Source: Salpingoeca rosetta
Lineage: Eukaryota > Protista > Choanoflagellata
Assembly (NCBI GenBank): GCA_033442325.1
Contig: JAWQFM010000018.1
Coordinates: forward strand, 1,220,530-1,284,529
Direction: 5' to 3'
DNA: 64,000 bases
A model generated the notes under the pieces. The model searched no databases. It saw only the letters and a list, made by a program, of their open reading frames with translations, and was not told where the DNA came from. How positions within the stretch are numbered: the first letter of the stretch is position 1; each line of letters opens with the position of its first letter. Position numbers and translations under genes: made by a program. Positions 26,331 to 38,959 of the stretch are shown here, piece by piece.

Positions 26331-26391
<61 letters not shown>

Positions 26392-26820
26392 CGTGTGGGA
26401 GTTCCGTAGATTTGAAATCCCACCAATTCCCCCCCCCCACACACACATATCACATCACAGCACATCACAGCACCAACCTGCGAGGGCCTTCTCGACCTCT
26501 GGGATGGAGGCGGAGGTGACAAAGTGCGTGGCAATACCGGCAGCCAGCACATCCTGTCCCTTCAGACGTGCGCCTGCCACAACAGATATTTAGCAGTGGT
26601 GTGGGGCAGTTTGCTGTGAGACAGGGGCAACGCTTGGCAGTGTGGCGGCCTGCGTGACACGTTGTGTTTGTTTGTGTGTGTGTTTGTGTGAATACAACAG
26701 TGGTAGCAAAGGTACACAACATGTGCGTGTGCGAGGTTGACCTGTGAGGGCGAGGTAGAGGCCAAGACCACCGGAGAGGCGTGGGAGGAAGTACGAGCCG
26801 CCAACATCCGGGAACAGGCC

Positions 26821-26916
<96 letters not shown>

Positions 26917-27193
26917 GTCAGTTTGAGAGGTGGACAACACATGGTCAATGTGCGACATACAAAGACATCTGTACACGACAGCAAGCGCTGTTAAGTCGCA
27001 CGTGAAAAAAGAGCAGCAACAGCAAACATCCTCTCCACATGCAAGTACAAGCGTGCGTACCGATTGCTGTTTCAGGCATGGCAAAGACTGTCTTCTCTGT
27101 TGCAACACGGAAGCGGCCGTGAACAGACACGCCAACGCCGCCTGTGCACCGTCACGGCAGTGATGGTGGTGATGGTGATGGTGGTGGTGATGA

Positions 27194-27225
<32 letters not shown>

Positions 27226-27546
27226 ATGACGGGGTGATAAGGTGAGTAGGTTTGAGGTGATGGGGCTCACGACAAATGTGAGGATAGGTAAACTCCGCAT
27301 GTGTTCGAACAGCAGCCATACAGTAGTCGCCTTACAGCCCGCCATTGCAGTGTGCTTCGTGCGCACCTCCCATGGTGAAGCCGTCCATGAATGCGACGTA
27401 TGGCTTTGCGAGGGTGGCGAGAGCATAGTCGGCCTGGTACTCCTGATGGAAGAAGTCGCGTGCAAGCTGCCCGTCGTCCTCAAGCTCGCCCCTGAATGCA
27501 TGCAGGCACACGAGGGTGTGCGTCGAGTGTGTGCGTGCGTGTGTGC

Positions 27547-27601
<55 letters not shown>

Positions 27602-27954
27602 TTGATAGTGGGGTAGATATGTCTAATGTGTGATATCCGTATCCTACGGTCAATAATGATAGTTCCATAATGGGTATAGATCGGTCAATTCATGCGAGAT
27701 TGCAGTAGGTCTTTCATAAATAAATATCCCAACAAAAAAAAAAAAAAACACTCTGCCTCACTGTTTTTTTTTTCTTTTATGCCCAAAAACTCTACGTCAG
27801 CCCGGAGCCGATTCATGCTGGTTGTAAGGAATGCCAGTCTCGTATTACATATGTCCACTGGACACGATGGTTAGATCACGTCCGAGTATTGCTTCAGGAA
27901 ATTACTTGTAATCCCGTAGTTCAGAGTGATGAGGATCTCCAGACTCTTCGGCTG

Positions 27955-28027
<73 letters not shown>

Positions 28028-28946
28028 GGAAGGCTGACTGCAGTCGCTGGAGGAAGCACAGTAGCCCGCACGGTGCATGGAAAAAACGGCGCAGACACTC
28101 ACCGGCGCAGAAGGCCTTGGCACCAGCGCCGCGCATGGCCACAACCTTGACCTTGTTGTCGTTGTTCCACTCCTGTGTCACGAGCGGGCGATTGAGGGTG
28201 AGGGAGAGCATGAGAGTGAGTGAGAGTGAGAGTGAGTCAATTGGGTAGATGAGTCAAAAAGGTGGGTGAGTAAAGGTGAGCGAATGTGTGTGAGCAAGTG
28301 CCGGCGCTGTGGTCGCACGGTGCAACCAGGTATCATTGAGCTGCAGCGAACCTCGGCCTTGTCGCAGATGGTCTTGACCATGTTGTAGGTAAGGGCGTTG
28401 TGCGCCTTTGGGCGGTTCAGCACGAGCGTGCGCAGGTGGCCCTGCTCCTCGACCAGCACATCTTCCGACTCATCAGCGCTCGTGGCCAAGTGTCGGGTCG
28501 CCTGAACTCATGGAATGCGCGTGTGCACGCATGTGCGCGTGTGTACGTGGGCGTATTGTATGTGTATGTGTACACGCATGTGTATGTGTGCATGTATGCG
28601 TATGCGTATGTGTATGTGCATATGTGTATGTGTATGTGTGCGTGTGTGTACGTGTACGAGTGTGCACGCATGCGCAAGCGCGTGTACATGAGTGAATGCA
28701 AGAACACATCGACACACACACGCGTTGTTCGTGCTGTCTTGACCAACGCGTTCGCTTCTCTCTATTACCCTGCACTCTCCAGACCTTGCTTCACACCATA
28801 CACAACCACACCTTCACAGCACACACAACTACAACACAAGCACACACACACACCTGTTGGGCGAGGCTGGTGCGAGAGAGAGCGGCAGCCGTGGCGGCGA
28901 CCGTGCGCGTGCGAGCGGAGCGAAGCGCCATCATCGTCATCGTCAT
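24867..28946 (-). CDS. HIBCH: Mitochondrial 3-hydroxyisobutyryl-CoA hydrolase, multi-exon
   Basis: Targeting peptide [110 protein letters not shown]; last exon ends [13 protein letters not shown] at 24867. Confidence 0.93.
26026..26123 (+). repeat. Compound (AAC)n repeat punctuated by TTAA (HIBCH intron)
   Basis: CAACAACAACTTAAACAACAAC units; the same motif recurs at 61583-61760. Confidence 0.9.
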
Positions 28947-29024
28947 CAGTGGAAGAAGAAGAAGAAGAAGAAAATCACACACACACGCACACACGAAGAA
29001 GAAGAAGAAGAAGCACGCACGAAG

Positions 29025-29457
29025 ATGGTGCGTGTCAGTGGGTGGTGCGTTGTGTTGTGTTGTTTTGTGTGTTGTGTTTTGTGTGCACCTTGTTCTTGTC
29101 GCATTGCTCACTCGAGTTCCCCTCTCCCCCCCACACACTGACTGTACCGCTGATACACTGCCATCACGACAGTCGGACCAGAAGCAGCAGAAGCGCGAGC
29201 GCAAACACATCCTCGACTTGGAGAAGTACGTGGACAAGAAGCTTCGCGTCAAGTTCAGTGGCGGCCGCGAAGGTGGGTGAGCTCTGTGTGTGTGTGTGTG
29301 TCTGTCTGTCTGTGTGTGTGTCTGTGTGTGTCTGTGTGTGTGTGTGTGTCTGTCTGTCTGTGTGTGTGTCTGTGTGTGTCTGTGTGTATGTATGTTTGTA
29401 CGTACGTATGCGTGTGTGTGGCTGTGTGGTTGTGTGTGTGTTTTGTCTGCGTGTGTC

Positions 29458-29489
<32 letters not shown>

Positions 29490-29792
29490 AGTGCGCGCGC
29501 GCCTCTATGTGTAAGCCCGTGTGCAACCTCTGTGGGCCAACCCCCGTGAGTTCTTGTGCCCCATCAATCTCTTCGCCCAACTGGATCGCCTGTGCAGCTT
29601 GAGTATACAGTTGCAGCTCACTGCGTTTCGACAACAATCACACGCGCGCACGTGTGGTGTGCACGCTCACCTCTGTCACCACCCTCCTTTTCGCTGGTGC
29701 AGTTGTCGGTGTGTTGCAGGGATATGATCCGTTGTCAAACCTCGTGCTGAGCGACACCATCGAGTTCCTTCGCGGTACGTTCCGTCCTGCAC

Positions 29793-29836
<44 letters not shown>

Positions 29837-30383
29837 CTTGTCGTCATCTTCATGGCGCTTTGTGCATCATGGCCACGCGCCTCCTCTTTCCTTCGTGCGA
29901 CGGCTAACATAATTGTTACCGTGCTGGCACTCGCACAAGCGTGGCGGTGTGACTTGTTCAGTGATCAAGCATATTTGCTCATGCTGCCTGCTTCTCCCCG
30001 TCTCTCGTTGTCTGTGTTTGGCTTTCTTGTGTGTGTGTGTGTCTTTGTCTTCTCGCCCTCTCTCACTGTTACACACGCACGCACGCACGCACGCACGCAC
30101 ACACGCACACACACACACGCACGTACGCGCGCGCACGCGCACACACACGCACACACACACGCACGCACGCACACACACACGCACGCACGCACACACACGC
30201 ACGCACACGTACATGCACACTCACTCGCCCATAGATCCCAGCGACCTGAGCAAGATCACAGACAAGACGCGGACACTCGGGCTGTGTGTGTGCAGACACG
30301 TGAGCATCGTCATGATTGCGCCAGAGGAAGGCATGACAGAGACAGAGAACCCGTTTGCTGTCCCGGACACAGACGAGTCGTAG
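29025..30383 (+). CDS. LSM7: U6 snRNA-associated Sm-like protein LSm7; exons 29025-29027 (ATG only), 29173-29272, 29704-29774, 30235-30383
   Basis: [67 protein letters not shown]...NPF. GT-AG junctions keep the frame. Confidence 0.93.
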
Positions 30384-30767
30384 GCCTCGCGTGTGCTGTG
30401 CTTGTCTTGTGCTGTGTTGCGTTTCTACTGTGTGTCTGTTGTGTTGCGTCGGATCGTGCTGGTATGTTGTGTGTTGTGTGTTGTGTTTGACTGTGTGCAA
30501 CCAACCTTGTGTGGGCAGGCTCTGTGTGTGCGTGTGCGTGTCTGCCATGGTGTGACTGTGTGTGGTGCGTGGTTGTTTCATAGAGTGTGTCTCCGTCCTT
30601 GTGTCTCTGCTCTGGTTCGCTGTATGTCGCATGCCTCACGAGAACAGAGCGCATGTGTCTAAACGGTTCGCCTTGAGTGTGTGTCGCATACTCTCTGTTT
30701 CCTTGATCTGGCGCTCAATCATCAACAGATAACAGGACCACACACATGAACAGATGACAGGAGGGCG

Positions 30768-30818
<51 letters not shown>

Positions 30819-30830
30819 CACACACACGCA

Positions 30831-30887
<57 letters not shown>

Positions 30888-30948
30888 GCTGCACTCATGT
30901 CATGACAACATCACAACACCAAAGGCAAGAAGCAGCAAACGACACGAT

Positions 30949-32853
30949 ATGATTTTCGCCTCCCGACCCCCCATTGTATTCCCCCCTTATGATGAACAAC
31001 AACAGCAGCAGCAGCAGCAGCAGCAACACCAACGACTACATCAACAGCAACACCGCTACCAGCACCACCTTGTTCGTAACACGTCACCGGTTCCACGGCA
31101 CACCACCACCACGATGAGCGGCAGTAGCGAGGCCGTGCTCGGCGCGGAGAGCGAAGAGCTCGAGTCGCAGCTGTTGGAGCTGGAGCGGCGGGTGGCGTCA
31201 CGGCAGCATGGCACGGTCAAGGAGATGGCGGAGACGGTGGGCGCGATGAGGCGCGTGTTGACGTCCGCCCGCACAGCACTGTCGTCGCAGCGGCAGGCCA
31301 TTGCCTCGTGGAAGAAGCGCGCAGAGCACTCGGAGCATCTGGTGGTGGCGCTCAAGGCGCACGTGCGCCGCTTGCAGCAGGAGAACGCCAACCTGCAAGG
31401 GCTGGTGGACAACCTGTCTGGCGGCGATGACAACAAGGGTGGTGGCCTTTCGCGCCGTAGCAGCGTCGCCAGCACCGCCGCACCAACAACGGCGCCGCCC
31501 TCACCGCGCCCAGTGGCGGGCCGCGCCGCTGTCGACCAAGCAGCCCTAGAAGAGGCGGAGGCAGAGGCGGCTCGGCTGCGGCGGGAAGTTGCACACCTCA
31601 AGGCGCGGATGGCTGATCAGCAGCACCAGTACCAACAGCAGCAGCAGCAGAACCAGGGAGCCCCGATCTTCCTTGGTGGCACCCCTGTTGCAGGCAAGGA
31701 ACACGGCCCCGCCACAAGCAAAGGTCTTGATCGCGCTGACGTGTGGATGACGCCGGCCCACAAACGGGAAGAGCAGGAGCGCGTCAACAGGGTGCTGCGG
31801 CGCGTGCTTGACCAGCGCGACGAGGCCCTGCAGCTGTTGGAGTCCGCAGGCATTGCCACTGATGGCATCATGGGTGGTGCTGGCGGTCGTGGCGGTCGCG
31901 GCCACAAGGGCAAGGGCGCCTCATCCTCCGCTCAACGCATTGCGCGGGAGAAAGCGAAAGAAGCCCGCCGGCTGCGGCACATGGTGGCCCAGCAGCAAGA
32001 GGCCATCTTCATGCTTGAGGAGCAGCTCCAAGACGCGTTGACCGCAGCGTGGCAGCACCAGCATGGCGTTGGTGGCCTCGGTGGCGCCGGTCGTGTCGGC
32101 AGTGCCGTGGATCCATTCCAGCAGCGGCGCGGCCGGTCCATCACCTCCATCTACCAGTGGGCTGCTCGCAACGCATCGCAGCGCAGCACGCAGTACAGCT
32201 CCCGCGCCACCCTAGTGCCGCGTGCGATTGTCGCCACGCCAGACGTCGAGGCCTCAGCCGTGCTGCTCAAGGGCAAGCAGCTTGAGGTCGACCTCCTTCG
32301 CGCCATATGCACAGGCCTGCGGGACGCGGTGCAGGATGCGCTCGCCATCATGGCAAGAGACAGCAGCAACCCGGTGTACGTGCGGCTGCAGCAGGCCATG
32401 GCGGAGTACCAGAGCCCCGATCTGGAAGGTGCGCCATATGGATGGGAGCGACGCCGCACAGACGCAGGCCTCGAGTTCTACGTGGACCGCACGCACCAGG
32501 TCACGCTCTGGTGGCACCCGTTGCTGGAGGTGGAGGTGGGCGGTGCGGACGTGTATGCGCCATACGACGCGCCGCACACGGCGGCGCTGGTGGATGCAGT
32601 GCCGCCTGATGGTGATGGTGATGGTGATGGCGGGAAACACATTGTGGTGCACTGGGACGGGGCCAACGTCAAGCAGCCTGACAGCGGCATGCACGGCCGC
32701 GGCAGGAGCGTGCGCAGCATGGGTGGTGTTGGTGGTGTTGGATCCGTTTATCGTCAGGGGTCGCGCCACACGCACACACAGGAGGAGAGCACACGCCGAA
32801 CCAACAGCGGCAGGGCAAAGAATAAGAAGCAGACAAACAGCAGCAGCAAATGA
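30949..32853 (+). CDS. Intronless coiled-coil protein with a single WW domain (start at 30949 or 31114)
   Basis: Long GC-rich ORF, several heptad-rich segments, WW motif APYGWERRRTDAGLEFYVDRTHQVTLWWHP. Confidence 0.8.
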   Translation: MIFASRPPIVFPPYDEQQQQQQQQQQHQRLHQQQHRYQHHLVRNTSPVPRHTTTTMSGSSEAVLGAESEELESQLLELERRVASRQHGTVKEMAETVGAMRRVLTSARTALSSQRQAIASWKKRAEHSEHLVVALKAHVRRLQQENANLQGLVDNLSGGDDNKGGGLSRRSSVASTAAPTTAPPSPRPVAGRAAVDQAALEEAEAEAARLRREVAHLKARMADQQHQYQQQQQQNQGAPIFLGGTPVAGKEHGPATSKGLDRADVWMTPAHKREEQERVNRVLRRVLDQRDEALQLLESAGIATDGIMGGAGGRGGRGHKGKGASSSAQRIAREKAKEARRLRHMVAQQQEAIFMLEEQLQDALTAAWQHQHGVGGLGGAGRVGSAVDPFQQRRGRSITSIYQWAARNASQRSTQYSSRATLVPRAIVATPDVEASAVLLKGKQLEVDLLRAICTGLRDAVQDALAIMARDSSNPVYVRLQQAMAEYQSPDLEGAPYGWERRRTDAGLEFYVDRTHQVTLWWHPLLEVEVGGADVYAPYDAPHTAALVDAVPPDGDGDGDGGKHIVVHWDGANVKQPDSGMHGRGRSVRSMGGVGGVGSVYRQGSRHTHTQEESTRRTNSGRAKNKKQTNSSSK

Positions 32854-33010
32854 GAGACATGCGCGACGTAAATGGTGGTATTGGTAATGGTGGTGGCGAT
32901 CAGGCGGCTACCATGTGTGTTTTCGTGCATGTGTGAAAGGGGGGGGGAGGGAAGGGGAGGGAAGGGGGTGAAGGTGAAAATAACTGTGTGTGTGTGTGTG
33001 TGTGTGTGGA

Positions 33011-34075
33011 TCAGGAAATGGTGCAAACGTTGTTGTGGGCACCGCTCGAGCCCCTGCAAATACAGTACATGGCCGCAGCGCGACGCATTTGGTCGTGATG
33101 TGTGTGTGTGTGTGTGCGCGCGCGCGCGAGGGAGTGGGCGGGTGAGATTTGCATGTTTGTTCATTGTGAACATGCGGGAAAGCACACATGAATAAAATAA
33201 AGTGTGGGTTGGGCAAGCCAAACACAAGTCTTATGCAAACTAGAGAGCATGAGGGCAGTGAGTGGAGGTGGTGCAATTCCACGCCATAGTTCATGCCATC
33301 CACCACAATGCCGTGCGTACTTGTGCTTGACGGGGTCAAACGGCGTGTGCTTGACCTTTGCATCGTCTCCGGCAGCCTTGTCCGCCTTCTCATCCTGTGT
33401 GTTGGTGTGTGGGAAGAAGGGGCGGGGGGAGAGAGAAAAAACATATGTTTCACAGATGCGAATGTGCTCACGTACACGTCGTGTCATGGGCCTCGTCACA
33501 CGAGAACGCCACCACACCCACGACCACCACGACCACCACATCAGCACATTATTACGACACCGCCATGAGTACATGGCCATCATCGGCGCACCTGCCCCAG
33601 CCGCGGAATGCGGTCCCACTCGAAGGTGTGCGTCTTCCACACGTCGCTCGGCTCAGGCAGTGTCAGCTCAATCATCTGCACATCCATGGCGACCAGTTGG
33701 CGAGACACTTGCGTGAGTGAAACGAAGAATGCACGCGAGCATAAAGTATGACGCGAGTCATAATACACACGCGCGCGTACGCCCGCACAGACAGACAGAC
33801 AGACACACACACACACGACCTGAATGCACTCCTTTGGCTCTGGGGGTTCGATTGGCGCCTTGGGGACGAGCTGGTGGAAGATGAGTCCGTTTTCCCGCTC
33901 AGCCTTGCTCTCGTCCGCCTTGATCAGCTTCACTGCATGTTGACAATGGTGGTGTAGGTGACTTGGTGAGGGCGCGGTGTTGTCGTACGTTTGAGTGAGA
34001 CGAACCAATAACAGCCGTGCGGGTTGGGGACAGCGAGAGACAGGAGCACACATGTACAGAGACACAAACAAACAC

Positions 34076-34121
<46 letters not shown>

Positions 34122-35469
34122 AGACACACACAGACACAGACACATACACATGACTCCTCAGGACACACGGGCAGCCAAGGGTCAGGAAGGTACCGAGGGT
34201 GTTGACGAGCGGGTGTTGGATGGGCGGGGTGGTGGGGAAGGTCTTGGCAGACATGAAACTCTTCTCCTTCGTGTACGCTTCTGCAAGGCGCATGCTCTCC
34301 TCAAGCTCTGGTGACGATGGATGGGTGGATTGTGTTGGGCAGGGTGAGGGGTTGAAGGGTGAGGTGTGGGGTCGAAAGAAGGTTGGGAAAGAAGGTTTGG
34401 CACACAGATACAGACACAGACACAGACAGACACAGACACACAGGCACACAGACGCAGGCACAAGGACCTGCACACACCTTGCTTTGCGTCCTGAAAGCAG
34501 CGAACGCTCTGGCCAACCTGCTCCTCGTCCATTAGGTGCTTGCCGTAGAAATACCACATCTGGTGTGGAGAAGGGTTGGGTGTTGGTGTTGAAATCACAA
34601 GTGGGCACGTGCATGAGCACGGGCATGCACAGAAGCATACCTGTACGAACACGTGTTTACGTGAACACACACACACACACGCACACACACACACACGCGC
34701 GCGCGCATAAAAAAGCCCATACAGACAGACAGACAGACAGACACAAGGCTCCACAAGACAAAGCGTGCGCGCACGTAAGCCTTGTAGAAGGAAGCCTTGA
34801 ATTGGAAGTAGAGGTGAAGGTGTCGGGCGGCCCTGTTTCCCTCCATGGATCGCATGTCATCCGCAACGAGCCCATATCGCCGCGACTCGTCGTGTGCAAT
34901 GCCGGCAATCAGCGCCGGCCGGTGCTCCATCGTCCGCGCCCGCTCAAGCACCCCTTGATGAACATGCGGCGTGTTTGTGTTTGTTTGTTTGTTTGTTTGT
35001 TTGTTTGTTTGTTTGTTTGTTTGTTTGTTTGTTTGTTTGTTTGTTTGTATGCGCGTTCGTGTGGATACACATGTGATGCTTGCTAGCTGTCCAAACCTAC
35101 TTTCCCCTCACCACCACTCCCACGCCACCACTTGCGCCATCCATCCAGTCGCGGTGTCTCACCTTCTTGTGCCTCCGCCAAGCACTGCTCGTATCTTGCC
35201 TTCAGCATGCGCTCGTCAAAGTCTGTCGATTGCGGTGGTAGTGGTGGTGGTGGTGGTGGTGGTGGTGGTGGTGGTGAGGAGAGCTGTGGAATTGTAGGAG
35301 AGTGTAGTACACCACATGTAGCCTGCGTGAACGGCACACAGACACAGACACAGACACGCACACGCACACACGCACGCACACACCTGTGTTTGGGCGGTAT
35401 TCCAATGCCTCGTGGTGTTTGTCCAGCAGGTACTTGAACACGCCGGCGGCCGTCTAGCAAAGGAGGCGT

Positions 35470-35536
<67 letters not shown>

Positions 35537-36642
35537 GGTGGTGGTGGTTGTGATGAAGATGAAGGGAGGGTGCGCGTGTGTGAGCAAGAATGTTGAAACG
35601 GGGGATAAGGACAGAAGTAGAGGGCAGTGACGACAACCACAATGGAAGGAACAACGATGACAACAACAGGGCGAGGAGTTGACAATGGTGATGGTTATGT
35701 ACACGTGTATGGTGAGTGCGATTGGGGGGGGGGGCAAAGTGCATACCTTGAGCGAGGTGAAGATGGACTTGGCAACATCCTCCCGCTCACTGCAGTCAGA
35801 CAGGGTGTCATCAACCAACCATCACGTTGTGAGGGCATGAAACGCAGCACGCGTACACGCATCAACACATGGTAAGTCCGTTCACACACACACGCGCGCA
35901 CACACACATCCACATACGCACACGCACACGCACACACTCTCTTTCACACACACACACATACAGACACACATGCAAGAGCTTACGCCTCTGGTGCGGAAAA
36001 GTCTTCGAGCCAGGACGCGTGCTTCATGTGCCAGAGCCCAAAGTTCATGAGCATGTTTGACAGCTCAAACGCAAAATCCGCATGGGCGCTGCGTGACAGC
36101 AAGGAGAGGTGGTGGAGGTGGTGGTGGACGTATTGCCCATGTCATGAGCTTCTCGTCGATTGTTGCGTGCAGGTGTAGCAGTCGAACTCAGCTGACGCGT
36201 TCACCACAGGAACAAAACCACAGCCACATACTACAAACCATACAGAGACGAACTTCATCTGCATGTACACACCCACCCCTACACACACACCCACACTCGC
36301 ACACTCACAAGACTTTGCCGGCCATGTTGTCTGAGTATTTGAAGATGATGCTGGATAACGCCCTGTTCTTGGACTGCCCGTCCAAGTGCACCGCGTTCTT
36401 CTTCTTGTTCTTCTTCTTTGCGTCGTCGTCTTCGCTCTCCTGCGCCTCCAACGCGTCGTTTGGGGCTGGACACCGGGAAATTCCGGGGGGGGGGGGGTGG
36501 TGGTGGTGGGTGAAGCCGCGTTGCAGCTGGTGAGTGCACGGACAACACGAGATGACCGCGCACGCCAAATCTCAGGCCTCACAAAATTCTAAGCGTGTCC
36601 GAAGACGATCGTGTTTGCAAACACGCGCAAGAATGTACACCC

Positions 36643-36714
<72 letters not shown>

Positions 36715-36816
36715 NNNNNNNNNNNNNNNNNNNNNNNNNNNNNNNNNNNNNNNNNNNNNNNNNNNNNNNNNNNNNNNNNNNNNNNNNNNNNNNNNNNNNN
36801 NNNNNNNNNNNNNNTG

Positions 36817-36892
<76 letters not shown>

Positions 36893-37151
36893 AGGGCGAT
36901 GGGCGGAGAGCAAGACATCGTGAGCTCAGCGTACGTTATGCAAACACACCACCGCCCCCACCCCCACCCCCACATACCCACCACACCCACACCCACATAC
37001 CCACACATGCATAGCCACATATGCATACACGCACACACCTGAGCTGCTCGCGAGCGGCATCTGTGGTTGCAGCATGAGCCAAGCGACCCTGTGCAAAGTT
37101 GATGACAGCCGTGGCCTTCATCGGCTCACGGCACAGCCACCCTGCAGGCAT
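33011..37151 (-). CDS. BROX: BRO1-domain and CAAX-motif protein BROX, multi-exon
   Basis: GWLCREPMKATAVINF, AGVFKYL, DFDERMLKARYEQCLAEAQE, LERARTMEHRPALIAGIAHD, KAERENGLIFHQLVP. The last exon 33053-33011 splices in frame to give KGSSGAHNNVCTIS* (CAAX). An exon is probably hidden in gap 36715-36814. Confidence 0.88.
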
Positions 37152-37478
37152 GCTTCGTCTCTCTCTGTCTTGTCTGTGTCCGTGTGCTTCGTCTGTGATG
37201 GGTTGTGTGATGGGGATGGGGGTGTGCTCGCCTCGCCTTCTCTCGCCTCAGTTGCTTTGCTCTGTTTGAAATCCGCTCTCGTCAAATCAACAACAGCCTG
37301 TGTGTGTGTGAGTCATCATCGCAACCCTCGACGAACTCCGCCCTGAAATCAGGGGCATTCCCTTTTTGTGGTGTCGCTAGCGGTAGGTGGCGGAGAATCG
37401 TTTTGCTCGTTTTTGTTTTGGTATGGGCCTCTTTTGTTTAAATCTTCAACCAATCTTCAGCCCGTCTTGAGAAAAACC

Positions 37479-37486
37479 TGACGTCA
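37479..37486. promoter_or_regulatory. CRE-type palindrome TGACGTCA in the BROX/CK1 divergent intergenic region
   Basis: Exact 8-mer with a CCAAT at 37450-37454; function not shown. Confidence 0.3.
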
Positions 37487-38959
37487 ACCACAAGCAGTAA
37501 GCAGCAAAGCAAGCAAGCAAGCAGGTGCTTTCCTCTCTTTTTCGTGTGAAGTTTTCTCTCAGCCCAGCCTGCCTGCCAACATCCGATCACGACAACGTAT
37601 GTGCGCAGCACCGCTGCTAGCTTCCTTGCTCCACTCTGCCTTGCCTTGCCTTGCCTTGCCTTGCTTGCTCTGCGTCATCCCTCCAACCACTCAGTCAGCC
37701 AGCCAGCCAGCCAGCCAGCTGGCCGCGCTCGTTCCGTTCGCCCATCCATTCCACCACCAACACTTTTCCTTGCCCGTGCGTGCCTTGCTTTCCCTTCCGT
37801 TGCTTTCCCTTCCGTTGCTTTCTTCTGGTTGGTTGCCTTGTGGTTGCTCACACCAGCAATTCCCGCATGGTGATTGCTTGGTAGCTGGCCCCACAAGTTG
37901 ATGCGCGCTGTACATCGTGTGACGTGACGACGTGCGAAGAAGCCCAAGCGCACACACGCTCGTGTGCAACCAACCGCCACTCCCCTGCTAGCTGATCGGG
38001 ATTGCTGCTGCTGGAGAAAGGAACAAGCCATTGTCAAGACACACACATACATCGTTGGCTGGCCGGTCGATTGTTTGGTTTTGGGAGTTTGTCACCTTCT
38101 TCCTCCCGGCAAATCGCGCGCGATATTCCTGTGCGTGCACATCGACACGCGTACAAGCAGCACACCCTGACCGTGTGACGCGACAAAGGTACGAACCGCC
38201 TCTTTCTCATCCGTACAGTTGGCGTGTTGGAGTATCTGGTGCGTTGGTGCCTTGATTGCTTGCACACCCTTCGCTGAGCAACGCTTTTGGTGGTTTGCGT
38301 GCGTGCATGCGTGCATATGTGGTATGTGTGTGTGTGCGTGTGTGCGTGCGCGCGTTCGTGTGTGTGCGCGCGCGTGTGTGTGTGTGTGTTTGCATGTTTA
38401 CATGAGAAGGCCGTTGCTGCCATCTCCGTGTTCGTTGGTGCTTCATTTCCCACCGCGTTCTTGTCGTTCACGCACACCAACTTCTTCTGCGCGTTCGCAG
38501 TGGTGTGTGTGTGTGTGTGTGTTCGTGTGTGTATGGTAGCCTTCCTTGTTTGTATCTGCGGGCGCGCAGCGCATGTGTTGATGATGATCATGGCACGAAC
38601 ATCTGTTTCCATGTTCGCAAACACACACGCACACACATGCACGCACCGTTCTTCCTCGTGCACCTTCCTGCTCTGTCTGACCTCGTGGTCGTTCCCAGCA
38701 AGCACAAACTTCAACCTTCACCCACCTTGGTCGTTTGCTTTCCACACACGCGGTGCTCACGCCTGCATTTTCCCTGTTCTCCGCTGGCCTCTGCATCTTC
38801 GCCACACAACCGTCGTCGCTGCTTCCGCCGTTGTGACTTTCCTCTTCATCATCGCCGCTGCCGTCGCCCTCCCCCTTCCAGACGTTTGCGTTTCCGGCTC
38901 TCGTCCGCTACCCCTCACCCCTACCCCTCCCTCAACACACACATATCACATATCACACA

